Part shown: positions 36,040 through 47,478 of the stretch, piece after piece
Layout: each line of letters opens with the position of its first letter
Numbering within the stretch: position 1 is the stretch's first letter
From: Minutocellus sp. GHC0000111
Lineage: Eukaryota
Direction: 5' to 3'
Assembly: GCA_977018835.1 (NCBI GenBank)
Contig: OZ361257.1
Coordinates: 3,472,001-3,536,000, forward strand
DNA length: 64,000 nucleotides
The notes under the pieces: generated by a model
The model's database searches: none
Told to the model about the DNA's origin: nothing
Seen by the model: the letters and a program-made list of their open reading frames with translations, nothing else
Made by a program: the position numbers and the translations under genes

Positions 36040-38395
36040 TCAAGCCATCGCATGCTGTAGACGAACGTCGGCGCTAAGCTTCTCCTGCAGTGAGGCATAT
36101 TTTTTGAGCGAAAGTTTTTCGTGCTGTTCCAACCTCTTCTCCAAAACCCCGATTCTTGCAGCGGCAGAGGCATCACCCGCCGAGCCATGCGATTCCTCGT
36201 TCGCCTTTGTTATCTCCTCATCAAGTTTCGATTGCATAATTTTTGCCCGATGGAGCAGCCGGTCTTTGAGGGGCCCGAGACAGGCATCTTTGATTCGCTC
36301 GGCTTCCATTGAAGGTAAATTGTCAACATCGTGAACACCAACAAGGAACGGTGCAAGATAGTCGCATGTCTCTCCCTCCATCACGCTATTCGGCTTTTCT
36401 TCGGGTTCCCTTGGTACTTCGATGGTAGTAGCCTTGCCTGAAGTATCTCCTTGTTGCTTCAGCCAATTTTGTTCCTCATTAGACCGCACGCGATATAGAT
36501 GCAGAACATCTTCACTAATCGAGAGAACTGACGAAATGGAATCCCTTTCCGTGATGAAACTTTGGTTGCACCATTGCTCTCCATCTCTTCAGAGTTTTCC
36601 TCAAAAGTCTTTTCCAGTGCATGTCGCGTAGTCGTTCTGCCTGCTCCTTCTTGATGACCTCGGTGTTTGATATAATGTCAACTCCATCGTGATGCAAACT
36701 TTTCACTCTGATTCGATTCTCGGTCAAATGAAAGGTGCGGCTGGTGATGATCTGGCCCGTAGGTTGGTTATCCACTTCCAATTTTGCCTTTATTTCGCCC
36801 AAATCTCCATAGTGCTCTTCCATTTTTACCACGGCAACTTCCTCGCCATCCGATTTCGTCAATATCAAGGCACCTTTGGGAGCATAGTCACCCTCTGATA
36901 TCGTTTCGGCTCGAATAATGCGTTTGGTCAACCCATCGGGTCGATCTTGAAAAGTTTCATCTACTTTCAGCTCGACGTAATTTTCTCGTCGACAAACAAG
37001 GCCATCGGTACGTATGCGAGGGTGGAACTCGATTGTTCTCTCCACGCCCAGCGTCTCAGACCATCGTCTCAACCCCAAGGGATGGAACTCTGAAAAAATT
37101 TCTGAAAAGGTCTGATTTGAGATTGTGCGTGTGTGTCGTCTCAACAGGTGATCTGATCTACCACGAAATACCTCTATGGATTCCGTCTCTTCCATGCGTT
37201 CCTCATCTTCGTACCTTGTAAGCTTTGCAAAGCTTGTGTTGCTCGAGCTGGTGGACAGTTCCAGCTTTGCCTTGTCATACAGCTCAACTCTATGCTCTTC
37301 GGGAGGAAACGGCACAGGCATTTGAATCTTTTCGGCCCAAGAAGGGGGACGTATCGACGAAGCATCGGCATCTTCAATGCCATAGACGGGCCTCCAAAGC
37401 TTATCATCTTCCAAGTCAACGTAACTTGGCATTTTGATATTCTCGTCGTCAGTAGGAGGGCCGACATTTACCCACTGATTGGATTGATTGAAAAAAGTTT
37501 GGATGGACGCATAGGGCAATGTATCTTCAGCAGGCCAAATCCTGCCTACAGCTGGATCTGCAAAAACGGTGGACGCTCCATCGAGCGTGCATGGACTCTC
37601 GTCGCCATTGTCATCACTTTCGTCGACATCGACATCGCATCGTCGTCCCGGCCGGACCATCACCCAGGCGTGCAGTCCTTCTTGGCTTCCACCTTGACTG
37701 CCATCATCATCAACTATGGGAACCTCAGTGAATGGCATGCCTCTCCAACCATATATGTTGTTGTTGCTGCTGTTTGTGTTCACACTGCATGCATCAAATC
37801 CACCTCCCCAATCACCAACCTCTCCACCATCAACACGCAACGAATCGGTGCTACCACGCCGCAACCACTCTGGTGCCGTCCCAACCACCACGTAGGCATC
37901 GTACCCAGCTCCTAATAGCAAACTTGCAAGGAGGGTGGATTGGTCCAGGCTGTCGCCTGCTCTCCATACCAGCGTCTGATTGGGACTTGCGATGGTGATG
38001 GTGGTGATGGCACTTGCAGACAACTCATCCTCGTCATCTTGCTGAGGAGTCTCTTCCAGCCTCTCGTGTTTCACGTGACGGAAGACAAACCGCAGCAAAT
38101 CCTTGAGATCGTACAGGTTGGGATGAGGAAACAACGTGGGTCGGAGGTAGGTTGGCAGGGCTTTCAGGGTGCCGTGTTCGTTCCTGGCCGAAAGTAGCCC
38201 TGCACTTTGTTGGCGTGAGTTGCTGGAAGAGAGGATGGTGGAGGCGACGCTGTCAAGGTGCTTCAGGCATTCCACCTCCTGAGGCGAGTTGGAAAGGTAG
38301 GATTGGGATGGAGGAGAGCCATCATTGTCGATATCATAGATGCATCCTTTATCCAGATGGGCTTCTCGAAGCTTGCGGCATCGGGTGGCCTTCAT
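36040..38395 (-). CDS. DRC7: Dynein regulatory complex subunit 7-like (CCDC135); frameshift at ~36585
   Basis: RNEHG..PTYLRPT, GDSLDQSTLLASLLLGAGYDAYVVVG, LHAWVMV transglutaminase-like core; C-terminal DYLAPFL..KDACL..LKDRL. Confidence 0.8.
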
Positions 38396-38598
38396 GTGGA
38401 TTCGTATCTTATCTTTATGGTTGCGGGAACAAAGAATGCCAATGCCTGATCCCGATATTTCAGCCTTCAGCGGCTGAAATCAGGCACTTGCATCTTGCAT
38501 CGTATCCCGTATCCCACAGTGATCCGGGCGGCCGTGGCAAACACGGCACTGCTATGCTGCACGCACCTCCAGAGCATCAACAACGCCCAAATAGAACC

Positions 38599-39663
38599 AT
38601 GTCCTCCAACGGCACGTCGGCCACGGCCCGCACCCCCCTCCGTCGGAACGGCGCCGGTTCCGCCCGTGCCAGCGTCCACTTCGGCGCTTCGACCGCCACC
38701 GCCAAAAATTCTCATCATCGTCATCAGATGAAGATGCCACCACCTTCCGCCGCCGCTGCGGCAGCAGCAGTGGCGGCGGCTGCCTTGACGGAACCACCGC
38801 TCCCGCCCGATCACTACCCCGCCACGGTGTACCGCTACACCAAGACGAGGGGGTGGGAGCGGTACCGGTCCAGCACGCCGCAGTTCGTTGCCGCTCGATC
38901 GCGCCGTCGGCTCCTGGCGGGTGCTGCCGCCGCCGCGGCGGGGAAGGGCAGTACTGGTAGCTCCGTGGCGGCGGACCACCGGCAGATGCAGCAGCCGGTC
39001 TGCGCGGTGCCTCGACGGGGATGCGTCGAGGTCCGTGCCCTGAGGCTGCGCATCCGTCTGTTTGCGGAGGATGATCCCAACAACGGTGGCGAGAACAGCA
39101 GCAAGGAGAACACACTGGTAATCCGCCGCTCGTCCAGGGTGCTGCTGTCGTCCCGCCGCAATCTGGGTGCGGTCGTGCTCAAGTTCCGCTCGGTGTCCAT
39201 GGCGATGGACTTTTGCTCCCGGCTCATGGAGCTCAATGCCGCAGAATACGCGTCGGATGATGCTCTGGCTGGTGGTAGTGGTGGTGTCAATGACCTCGGC
39301 AGGATCGGCACCGTTGGAGGAAGCTGGATGAGCAATCCCATGAGTTTGATGGGATTGGGGGGTCCTCCATCCTCGCTGGGGGCCATGGGAATGCCGATGA
39401 TGAAACCGTCTGCTGGAATCGGTTCTCATAACAGCGGTGGTATTGAGATTGGCACTTCCATTCCTTCATATGGAGAACAACAGCAGCAGCCGGAAGCCGA
39501 CATGGCCTCGTACATGGTCCGACTTTTGCACGATCCGAGCTTTTTGAGTTTTGTCAACAGCATGGAGAATGCCCTGACCACTTCCGTTGCTGGAGGGGAG
39601 CTCATGCTCAAGGCTTTGGCCATGTCCGGCGCCGCAGCCACAGCTTCGTCCGTGTCTTCGTAG
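38599..39663 (+). CDS. Hypothetical low-complexity protein
   Basis: Long GC-rich ORF with poly-Ala tracts and a globular-looking core (VYRYTKTRGWE..VVLKF..; RLLHDPSFLSFV). Confidence 0.65.
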   Translation: MSSNGTSATARTPLRRNGAGSARASVHFGASTATAKNSHHRHQMKMPPPSAAAAAAAVAAAALTEPPLPPDHYPATVYRYTKTRGWERYRSSTPQFVAARSRRRLLAGAAAAAAGKGSTGSSVAADHRQMQQPVCAVPRRGCVEVRALRLRIRLFAEDDPNNGGENSSKENTLVIRRSSRVLLSSRRNLGAVVLKFRSVSMAMDFCSRLMELNAAEYASDDALAGGSGGVNDLGRIGTVGGSWMSNPMSLMGLGGPPSSLGAMGMPMMKPSAGIGSHNSGGIEIGTSIPSYGEQQQQPEADMASYMVRLLHDPSFLSFVNSMENALTTSVAGGELMLKALAMSGAAATASSVSS

Positions 39664-39866
39664 CTACGTAGCAGTGTACTAGCTAGTAGTATGCATCTAC
39701 AGCCACCGTTGGCGGGTTAGCTGCTACGGCTCTGGGTTCTATCATAAGCAAAGTATGCAGATGCAGCATTGAACTGGTAACAGCCGATTACATATTAGTA
39801 TGCATGTATGAATCGTACCATGGTATAATTCTTCCAATTAGAGAAAGCCCCCAAAGTAATTGCTAC

Positions 39867-41882
39867 TTAGTCTATGCGCCGACCCGTCTTGATCCAATCA
39901 GCAAATTGTCAGTTGAACTTTAGTCTGCCGGCTTCGTCTTGGCGATATTGTTCGTAGCTCGCTAGATCAAAATTGCATTTGGAACAGAATTGGGCGTCCG
40001 ATGCTCCCGCCAGTAGATGAAGGGACGGCCGTCTCTCCTTGACTTCGTTCGGACAAGAGCTATCATCGTTTGTACCATCTGCATTTCCTTCGTCATTACC
40101 AAAGCTATCAATGCTGCACAGGGGATCATCTACCAGGGAGGCGTCATCGGATACAGATCTTTGTGCCTTGTAATAATGCCAACGAGGCAGGAGTCGATTG
40201 AAGAGGGATGTCGCCAGATATCTTGCCCGGATGGTCGAGGTATCAGATCTGTCACCGTTCTCTTCGTTGTGGACCTTTTTTGGTAAAGCTCTTCCCACGT
40301 TATCGAGATGGACGTAACCAGTCCTATTATAAAAGTCAATAGTCGGCAATAAATTCGCTTCCATGCTCAAGGTAAGAACTGGCGGATACTCACATAATGA
40401 TGCCGACAGTATATTAGACTTTGGGAGAAGAGGCTTGAGAAGGCACCCATTTTCATCTCGAATCTTTTCGGTGGCAGTATCATCCCATTCAACCTCTGCT
40501 TTCAGATTGGTGCCCCACAATTTGGCCAAGCACTCGATCGTGGGAATTATATTGTTCTCAAGACTGAGGGAGTACGTTGATGGGGCCGCCAAAAGTATGC
40601 GGGCCGCTAGCGATTCAACCTTCCTTCCACTGTGGCCACCAGTTTTCTCATTCGCTGCTTTCCCTGTTGATCCTCCTTCCACCATGACCGCCAACGCTGC
40701 ATCAACAGAAACAACACTATCGACTTTGTCAAAGAATGCCACCTTACTGCAAAAGTTTTGCATCAATAGACCAAATATTTGAGGATGCCGTGATATGCAT
40801 TTGCGTAGAGGTTCCTTTGCATCTTCCATCCACATGGCAAAGTCTTCTTCGACCGCATCATCGGGCATGTCCCCTCCTGCACTACAGTCCAGGAGTATAT
40901 TCGATAAATAATCAATCGTCGGTTGAATGTTCAATGATAGCGACAAACCCAGCAGCTCTGGGTAGCCTTCTAAAATTTTCCCGACATCCTTTTGATTCAG
41001 CCCGCACCTTGCCTTGATAAAATCAATCTTTGGCATCAGATTGGAATCCACGCTCAGACCGACCACATTTGGACAGCTTTTGATAACCTTCCCCGCCGAC
41101 TTTCGTGCTTCCGCAAGTTGCATCTGGGTGACATCTTTGTCTGAGTTTGCTGCGAATAAAAATACCAGATAGTCTGCCACAGGCCGGATCTGTTCCTCTA
41201 CCGAGAATTGAAATATGTTTGGATTTGACTTTTTCAGTCGTCTTACCGCACTCTCGGCCAAACCGAGCTCCATGGTCAGGTACTTCCCTACATCTTCACC
41301 ATCTGCGTTCTTTTTCGTTCCGTCGTATCCCACCCCACTCGTCACTAATAGACGTGGATTCCGATCAATTGCTGTTTGGAATAGATCCTCTGAATATATC
41401 GACTGCAGAAATTCTACGGTCGGCTTTAATTGCGTATCAACCGACTTGCGGATGATGCGTGGCGTTGATTGAAGGACCGCGTTCGTCAATGGTTCCGAAC
41501 CCAAAACTGTGTCGAGATATGATAGGACCGATTGGACCTGCTCCAATTTAATTGTAGATAGATTGGTTATGTACAGATATTGGCGCAATTTCGAGGTTGA
41601 TCCTACCTCTACTGATCGAGCCTCCATCATCTCGAGGATGGCTCTTCGCTGTGCAGCAGTGTCCGATTGGCTGCTTGCAGATGGTGATTGTTGCGACATC
41701 ATAATTTGGGTCCTGAACAGATATTGTTGACTAGTTGACTCATGAGAAGGGATTGCAATAAAATGATTTCGTGGCACGAAAGCAAAGGCAACGCATGTCG
41801 ATGCGGCAGCCATCGCCCCCACCACGACGGGGAAGATGAGGACGAACAAATGCTGCCGTCGGCGCTGAGACGACTGTCTCAT
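39867..41882 (-). CDS. Plastid-targeted mTERF-repeat protein; in-frame TGA at 39909-39911 near C-terminus
   Basis: AFAFVP presequence; repeated P..L.LS.E.N..P...FL mTERF motifs; frame continues QFADWIKTGRRID* after the TGA. Confidence 0.85.
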
Positions 41883-42473
41883 TCTTGGCTTGCTGTTCGG
41901 AGCTGCGCCACTCTACGATCGTAGCTAGGCCAATTCGCCAAAAACAGGTCTGATACTCGTGCGTTGAGTGGAAACAAAGCGACAGCACGAGAGGAACGGC
42001 TGCAACGCAACACTCTTCATGCATGCGGTATGGTGAGAGCATGATCGAGCCAGAGATTTGACTGCTCTTCGTTCGTCAGGATACAGGATCAGGCGCCATG
42101 TACTCTTTCAGACCATCCTTACCGGTACCAGTGCAAGGTCTGCTTTTGACAAAAACGGTACATGCAGGAATTCCTACAGCTGTAGCCATTTCATGTGATT
42201 CCCGTCAATTGAACGTCTTAGATTTGTTACATAAGAAAAGTACAAGGCACTCTCTGCAACTATTGCATGCGCATAGGGCAGGCTTTGCGTCCAGCCGACC
42301 GCGTGTATGTTTCACTCGCCCGATTGAGCAGCAGCAAAAAAGATACACATGTAGATCTATGCCGGCCGACCAACCAAAAGCACAAATGAAAATATCTCAG
42401 CCACAACCACCACACTCAGGTATCGCAGCATCCAAAATGTTCGCAGAAAGCCCCACTGCCCCTCTGTTCCTAT

Positions 42474-43019
42474 CTATGCCTTCGATGATACCGCAGCCGG
42501 TGCATTCTCTTTCCGGGCAGCATCCTGCAGCAGTTCCGTATCGACCTCCCCCGGCGGGATCTGAATGTACCGCACGACACTGCCACGGATGAAGCAATTT
42601 TTCAGAGCCAAGAGCTGTGGATACCGCGACTTGTCCACCACTTGTACGTCCGTCAATTTGATGTTCAAGTATTGGTCCACGCTGTGCAGCTTTCCCGTGA
42701 GGACGACATTGTTCTTGAGCTCGACGGCCACCTCCTTGCCGACCAGAGTCTTGAAGAAGGAGTAAAATAACTGCAGTTTGGTTCGGACGGTACAGAAAGA
42801 GGATAGAGGTTAATGGTGATACATTACGAAGAAGAATTTGTTCCGGAAATGATGGCGGGAGGAGCAGCCCTGGTTGCCACTGCAAAGGAAAGAGACGTCC
42901 GACCACCAGAGCGCACGAGACGTTTCCAGACGCCCTCTGTTTTGTGTTTGGTCGTCTCTTTCCGGTAATCAAATAAAGACCCCTGCCCAACGCATCAAGC
43001 CACAAAACACACGTACCAT
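42474..43019 (-). CDS. LSM2: U6 snRNA-associated Sm-like protein LSm2; exon 1 is ATG only (43019-43017), exon 2 42770-42474
   Basis: M|LFYSFFKTLVGKEVAVELKN..SVDQYLNIKL..CFIRGSVVRY..LLQDAARKE. Confidence 0.96.
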
Positions 43020-43382
43020 AATTATTCAGAGTCGGAGATAGATGGAGGCGGCGGTGTGATACTACGTAGCTAGCTATGGGAGGAGGAGAGCAGAACACCG
43101 GCGTGAGCACACTGGGTCGTCGTTTTTTGTTTGAGCGAGCAGAGAAGCTGAGGAGGACGGGTGATGGACAGACGGTCGGTCATGCCGTACGTAGCATACT
43201 GATCCCGGTCATTCCCGTAAGAAAACACTTGTGCCCAAAAGCCAGCCATCCACCTGCTTCGAGCCGGCTCGCTATCAAAATTTCTGTGGATCCGCAAGTC
43301 ACTTTGAGGTTGGCACGATCGATGGAACGAGGAAGCGTTGCTGGCTATTCATTACACCTTCTTCAACCTGCCAACAACAAGC

Positions 43383-44855
43383 ATGAGAAGGCGCAAAGTA
43401 TGTTCGTCCACTTCTGCTCTGGCTACTGCAGTAGCAGCTGCAGCAGCTGTTTTCGGTGGTGCCGCAAACAACATTCCATCCTTTGTAGATGCGGTTCCAA
43501 TTGATGAGCTCCACGATAACTCCCAAACGCAGTACAATGCTAAGAATCGTATGAGGAGGAGACAGGATGGATCGAGCGGCCATATTATTGATCAAGAAAG
43601 AAAGTTGGGTCTACTTTCCAACTTGCCAAATCACGTCGACTATGTCAGCAATGAACCTGACGAATCAGCTGTACACCTTGTTGCAGGTCGAAGTCAGTCG
43701 CGACATCGGATACGTCGTCACAAGGGTGACGATCCAGACGGTCTCCTGACCAAGCTTTTGGAAGCTGAACCTGTTAATACTGTCACCCAGACAGACGTAT
43801 CCCAGGCTGCACAAGGTCGTACTTCAGCTTCCAATATTATTTACTCAAGCGAGTTATTTCCTCGTGATGGTCACCAGCAGCTGATTTTAGTTGGCGATGT
43901 CATCACGGTGCAAACCACTCAGGCGGACATTCCCACCGACTTTATTGTTGGAGCAAGCAACCAAGTATTCGATACCAGCTCTGGGCAGCCTGTTGCTGTT
44001 CAAAATGTATTCTGGAACCAATCGACACGTGGATTCGTAGATTCCAGTGGGAACAATATCCCAGTCGACATTTCCGTCGAATACGTCAGTGACTCTGGCT
44101 CGTATTTCTCAGGAGATAGTACCCAGGGACGGTACGAGATCCGAAACGGGCAACTATACTATATCCGTGCCGATGGCGCCGCCATCAATACTGGATTCAC
44201 TATCGAGACTGGTACCAACGAGCTTATTGTTATAAATGGTGATGGATCTGTCGACCGAACTGGCGTGGCATATAGGGCGAGTGACGAGCAATTCATCCTT
44301 ATATCTTCAGGAGAGATTGTTCAATTCGAAATTACAACTGAAACCATAACAACGGTGGAAGAGAAGGTGGCGGAAGAACAAATTGTGGTAGAAACTGGTG
44401 CTGGAAATATTATCATTGAGGAGAATTCAGATGCCATTGGTGGTGTGGTAGGAGGGAATAACAACGGCGGAGATGGGAACGATGATTCAAGCGACGAGGA
44501 CTGCAAAAGTACAGTCAAGAGCTATCGCGGAAAACGTGGGAGAAGGGATGTCAAAGGAAAAGGTCGCTATCGGCGCCATCGATCTCGTGGAAAGGGAAGA
44601 AGCTACAGCAAATCAAGGAAGAAGAAATCCAAGTCGAGTAAGTCCAGTAAAGGATCTCGGCGTTTGGTCCAGATGGAATTGAACGACGAGAACGATGAAA
44701 TTGGTAGACAGCTGAAGAGTTCAAAGGGGTCAAGTCACTCGAAGTCATCCAAGTCATCCTACTCCGGCAAGGGGCGCGGGAAGGGGCATTCGTCCTCCAG
44801 ATCCAAGAAGAAGAAGACATCTACGAAAAAGAAAAAGAATCGTTGTGACTACTAG
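43383..44855 (+). CDS. Secreted protein with RXL sites and Lys/Ser/Gly-rich basic tail (candidate cell-wall/biosilica-associated)
   Basis: Hydrophobic N-terminus; RKL, RRL, RQL; KSKSSKSSKG and SKSSKSSYSGKGRGKG tracts. Confidence 0.7.
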   Translation: MRRRKVCSSTSALATAVAAAAAVFGGAANNIPSFVDAVPIDELHDNSQTQYNAKNRMRRRQDGSSGHIIDQERKLGLLSNLPNHVDYVSNEPDESAVHLVAGRSQSRHRIRRHKGDDPDGLLTKLLEAEPVNTVTQTDVSQAAQGRTSASNIIYSSELFPRDGHQQLILVGDVITVQTTQADIPTDFIVGASNQVFDTSSGQPVAVQNVFWNQSTRGFVDSSGNNIPVDISVEYVSDSGSYFSGDSTQGRYEIRNGQLYYIRADGAAINTGFTIETGTNELIVINGDGSVDRTGVAYRASDEQFILISSGEIVQFEITTETITTVEEKVAEEQIVVETGAGNIIIEENSDAIGGVVGGNNNGGDGNDDSSDEDCKSTVKSYRGKRGRRDVKGKGRYRRHRSRGKGRSYSKSRKKKSKSSKSSKGSRRLVQMELNDENDEIGRQLKSSKGSSHSKSSKSSYSGKGRGKGHSSSRSKKKKTSTKKKKNRCDY

Positions 44856-44964
44856 CAGGAAAACATGAAGCGTAGAATTATTTACAAAGAATTAGGTAAC
44901 TAGTTTACAAAAGTAAGGTGTGTATCAAAACATTCAAAAATATACCAAGAGCGAAGACCTTGAC

Positions 44965-46335
44965 TCATCTTGTCGGGCTGACAAGAGGTGAGGCCCTGCT
45001 GTACAAACTCAAAATTGTCTCGTCATAGCGAGGGAATTCTCGTGTAAGCTTTCGGGCTCTCCACTGTCTAATAATTCCACCGTAAGGCTTGTGACCAATG
45101 GTGCCAAGTTGGTTGCGGGCGACCTGCAAACACAAAATCGCGAAACTGAGCTGCCCTAGAATGGGCTCCATATATTGCCAAGACCAGGCACCGACGCCAA
45201 GCCATGTGCGTACTGGCTCTGGCTCCGGGGCGTCCAAAGTCACAAAATTGGCATTGAAAAACTCGACACTTGGAAGGTGGAAGCAGAGAGGAATTGAGGC
45301 AAAGGCCGCCACCGTAGCAGTGGTGATGCCGATGCGATAGGGGGCGGTGTGGGCAGAAGAGAGAATGGAACGGTTGAAGTCCCGTATCTCAATGTATGTT
45401 TTGCATGCTTCGGGGTAGGAACAGTTGTCGACACTGAGTAAAATATGCAACGATTAGGAAAAAAAAGAAAGGAGAGCAAAGCAAAAAACGAAATATTAGG
45501 AACACATACATACTAAGGGCAGCGCGGTGGGTTGCTCAATTTTGTCTCGCAGAGCCACTGCCTAGTCTAGCCCGAAGAAGAGCCGCCGATGCGCACAGCA
45601 AGGCGCTGTCTCTGGCGAGAATTTCGCCAAAACTTACTCCATGATGTGTCTGCGAACAACCTCCGCCCTTGCCTCCAGATTGTCCATCGCAGCGAGGCAC
45701 ATGAGAGATGCATTGTCCATCTGCCGACAAGAGAGGGGCATGGCCCGGGCTATGTCTAGTGTTGGTCCATTATCTATCGCCTCCTTGACTGTCTGTTCAT
45801 TCTGTGTCTTTTGGGCGGTGGCCTCAGACAACTGGTCAAGTATCTGCCGAATCGAATTTATTCGCTTCGGTCGGGCTGCCTTGGCACGATTTCGTTTGCG
45901 ACCGGCACCATCATTGATCTTCTTTAGTGTTGCAAGGATGCTGCCTTCCTCTCCAAGAAAGGTGCTCTTTGCGGGATCGGTCGTGATTTCGATCTCCGCT
46001 TCGGAAGTCTCGTATTCGTACTGATGCGGGTGGTGACCACCGAGAAGAGTAGCCGCCGCTGAAACCGCGATGGAGTTACCGCGGATCTGTAGTTTTGGGT
46101 CAACGCCAGTAGTTCCTCCTGAGCAACAAGGGCTTGTGGCAGCAGAGGCAAGAGTTGACGAGCCGACACACGAGCACCGACTTCGGGGTTGCCAGGAGGA
46201 AGAGCCCGCAGAATTGGGTGCGGCCCCAAGAATGCCAGATGGGATGCGCTTCTGGCATGTGATCGCCCGGGCCGCTGTTGGACGACTGATCCTGATCAGC
46301 CTCTGGGGAGCCGAGGCAATTAATCTGGGTATCAT
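44965..46335 (-). CDS. Conserved hypothetical membrane protein, probable mitochondrial presequence; intron 45434-45637
   Basis: Frame-preserving intron joins RRHIM-DVDNCSY; downstream SIPLCF, GAWSWQYMEP, two TM segments. Confidence 0.75.
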
Positions 46336-46848
46336 CGTTTGGTACTGTTTGGATCTGCTTTATTGCTTCCTTCAATTGGTTATGGTGCAATTGACCAATG
46401 TATCCAACCTCCAGCGTTCAGCGTTCTCTTTCCATCTTTCCATCCATCTCAGCTGAGTTTTCGAAATGTCAAGAACTTGTGCTCTGCTCCAAGGCACGGA
46501 TGGACGGAAAGACTTTCCCGCCAGCCAACGAAGCGAAGCGAAGTTGCAAAGCAAGTGCTCGCAGTCAGTGCCTTTCGGTTTGTGGACATCTGCTGGACCT
46601 GCTCATTCAGTAGGTTGCCACCGACCAGTAGCATCCACTGAATTCGCAGGTCCAGTAGATTCTGGCAGGAACACATATATTTTTTGGTCCCCCGCACACC
46701 CTCTCACACCGCAACCCGCAAATTTTGTTTTGTGGATCTGCTGCACTGCGGCACATGTAGATGGAGTTTCGTTCCATTGTGCACATTATGCCTGTGGCTT
46801 CGCAGGTCCCGGCCAATCGCGTTGCGTTCGTTGCAGGCCAGCAGAGCG

Positions 46849-46896
46849 AGCAGCATCGAAGCAGCAGCAGCAGCATAGCAGCAGCAGCAGCAGCAG
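46849..46896. repeat. Interrupted (GCA)n microsatellite
   Basis: Read directly. Confidence 0.9.
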
Positions 46897-47478
46897 AGCG
46901 CGCGCGGCACCTGCCTTTTTCACTTTTTGACGCAATTGTTACGTGTGCGAAACCGTAAAAGTGCTCAACAACGCAACCGGCATCCACTACAGCCCAATTC
47001 TCGTGTATCTCTTTCCGTTGAGCTTTGGTGGTCGGCTTGGGGCTGGAACTCTTCTTACCGCGCTTTACCTTCGGTGGCATGATGTGATGGAGACTGGGTG
47101 CCGGCTCAATTTTGTCCACGATGACGTGCCGATTTGTGTAAGTAATTGATTGGGCGAACCTGCCAATATTTCTGGCGGCGAAGAATAGACTAGCTAGAAG
47201 ACCCCTCGGAAAAGGTGATCTATTGCTGGCCGCCGGAATGCTCTGAAGGTTATCGAGATCAATTAGTTGCAAAAGAAGCAATTGACGCTAACAATTCTCA
47301 CGTGTGTCTCGAGTGAGATCGGTGCGCCAAGTTGCCCATTTCTTAGGTTATTGGTAATTACGTTACAAATCGATTGAACAGGAAAGGTACCTAGCGCCAT
47401 GCCATCGGCAGCGCTTTGGTCCCAACGTCCGCATAAACATAACTGCCAAGCCATGAACATGCCAAAGAATACGCACAC

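Noticed and set aside
46607..47281. 224-aa minus-strand ORF containing MPPKVKRGKK
   Set aside because: Runs through a GCA microsatellite and the hairpin with no domain signature; a short real gene cannot be excluded but is unsupported.
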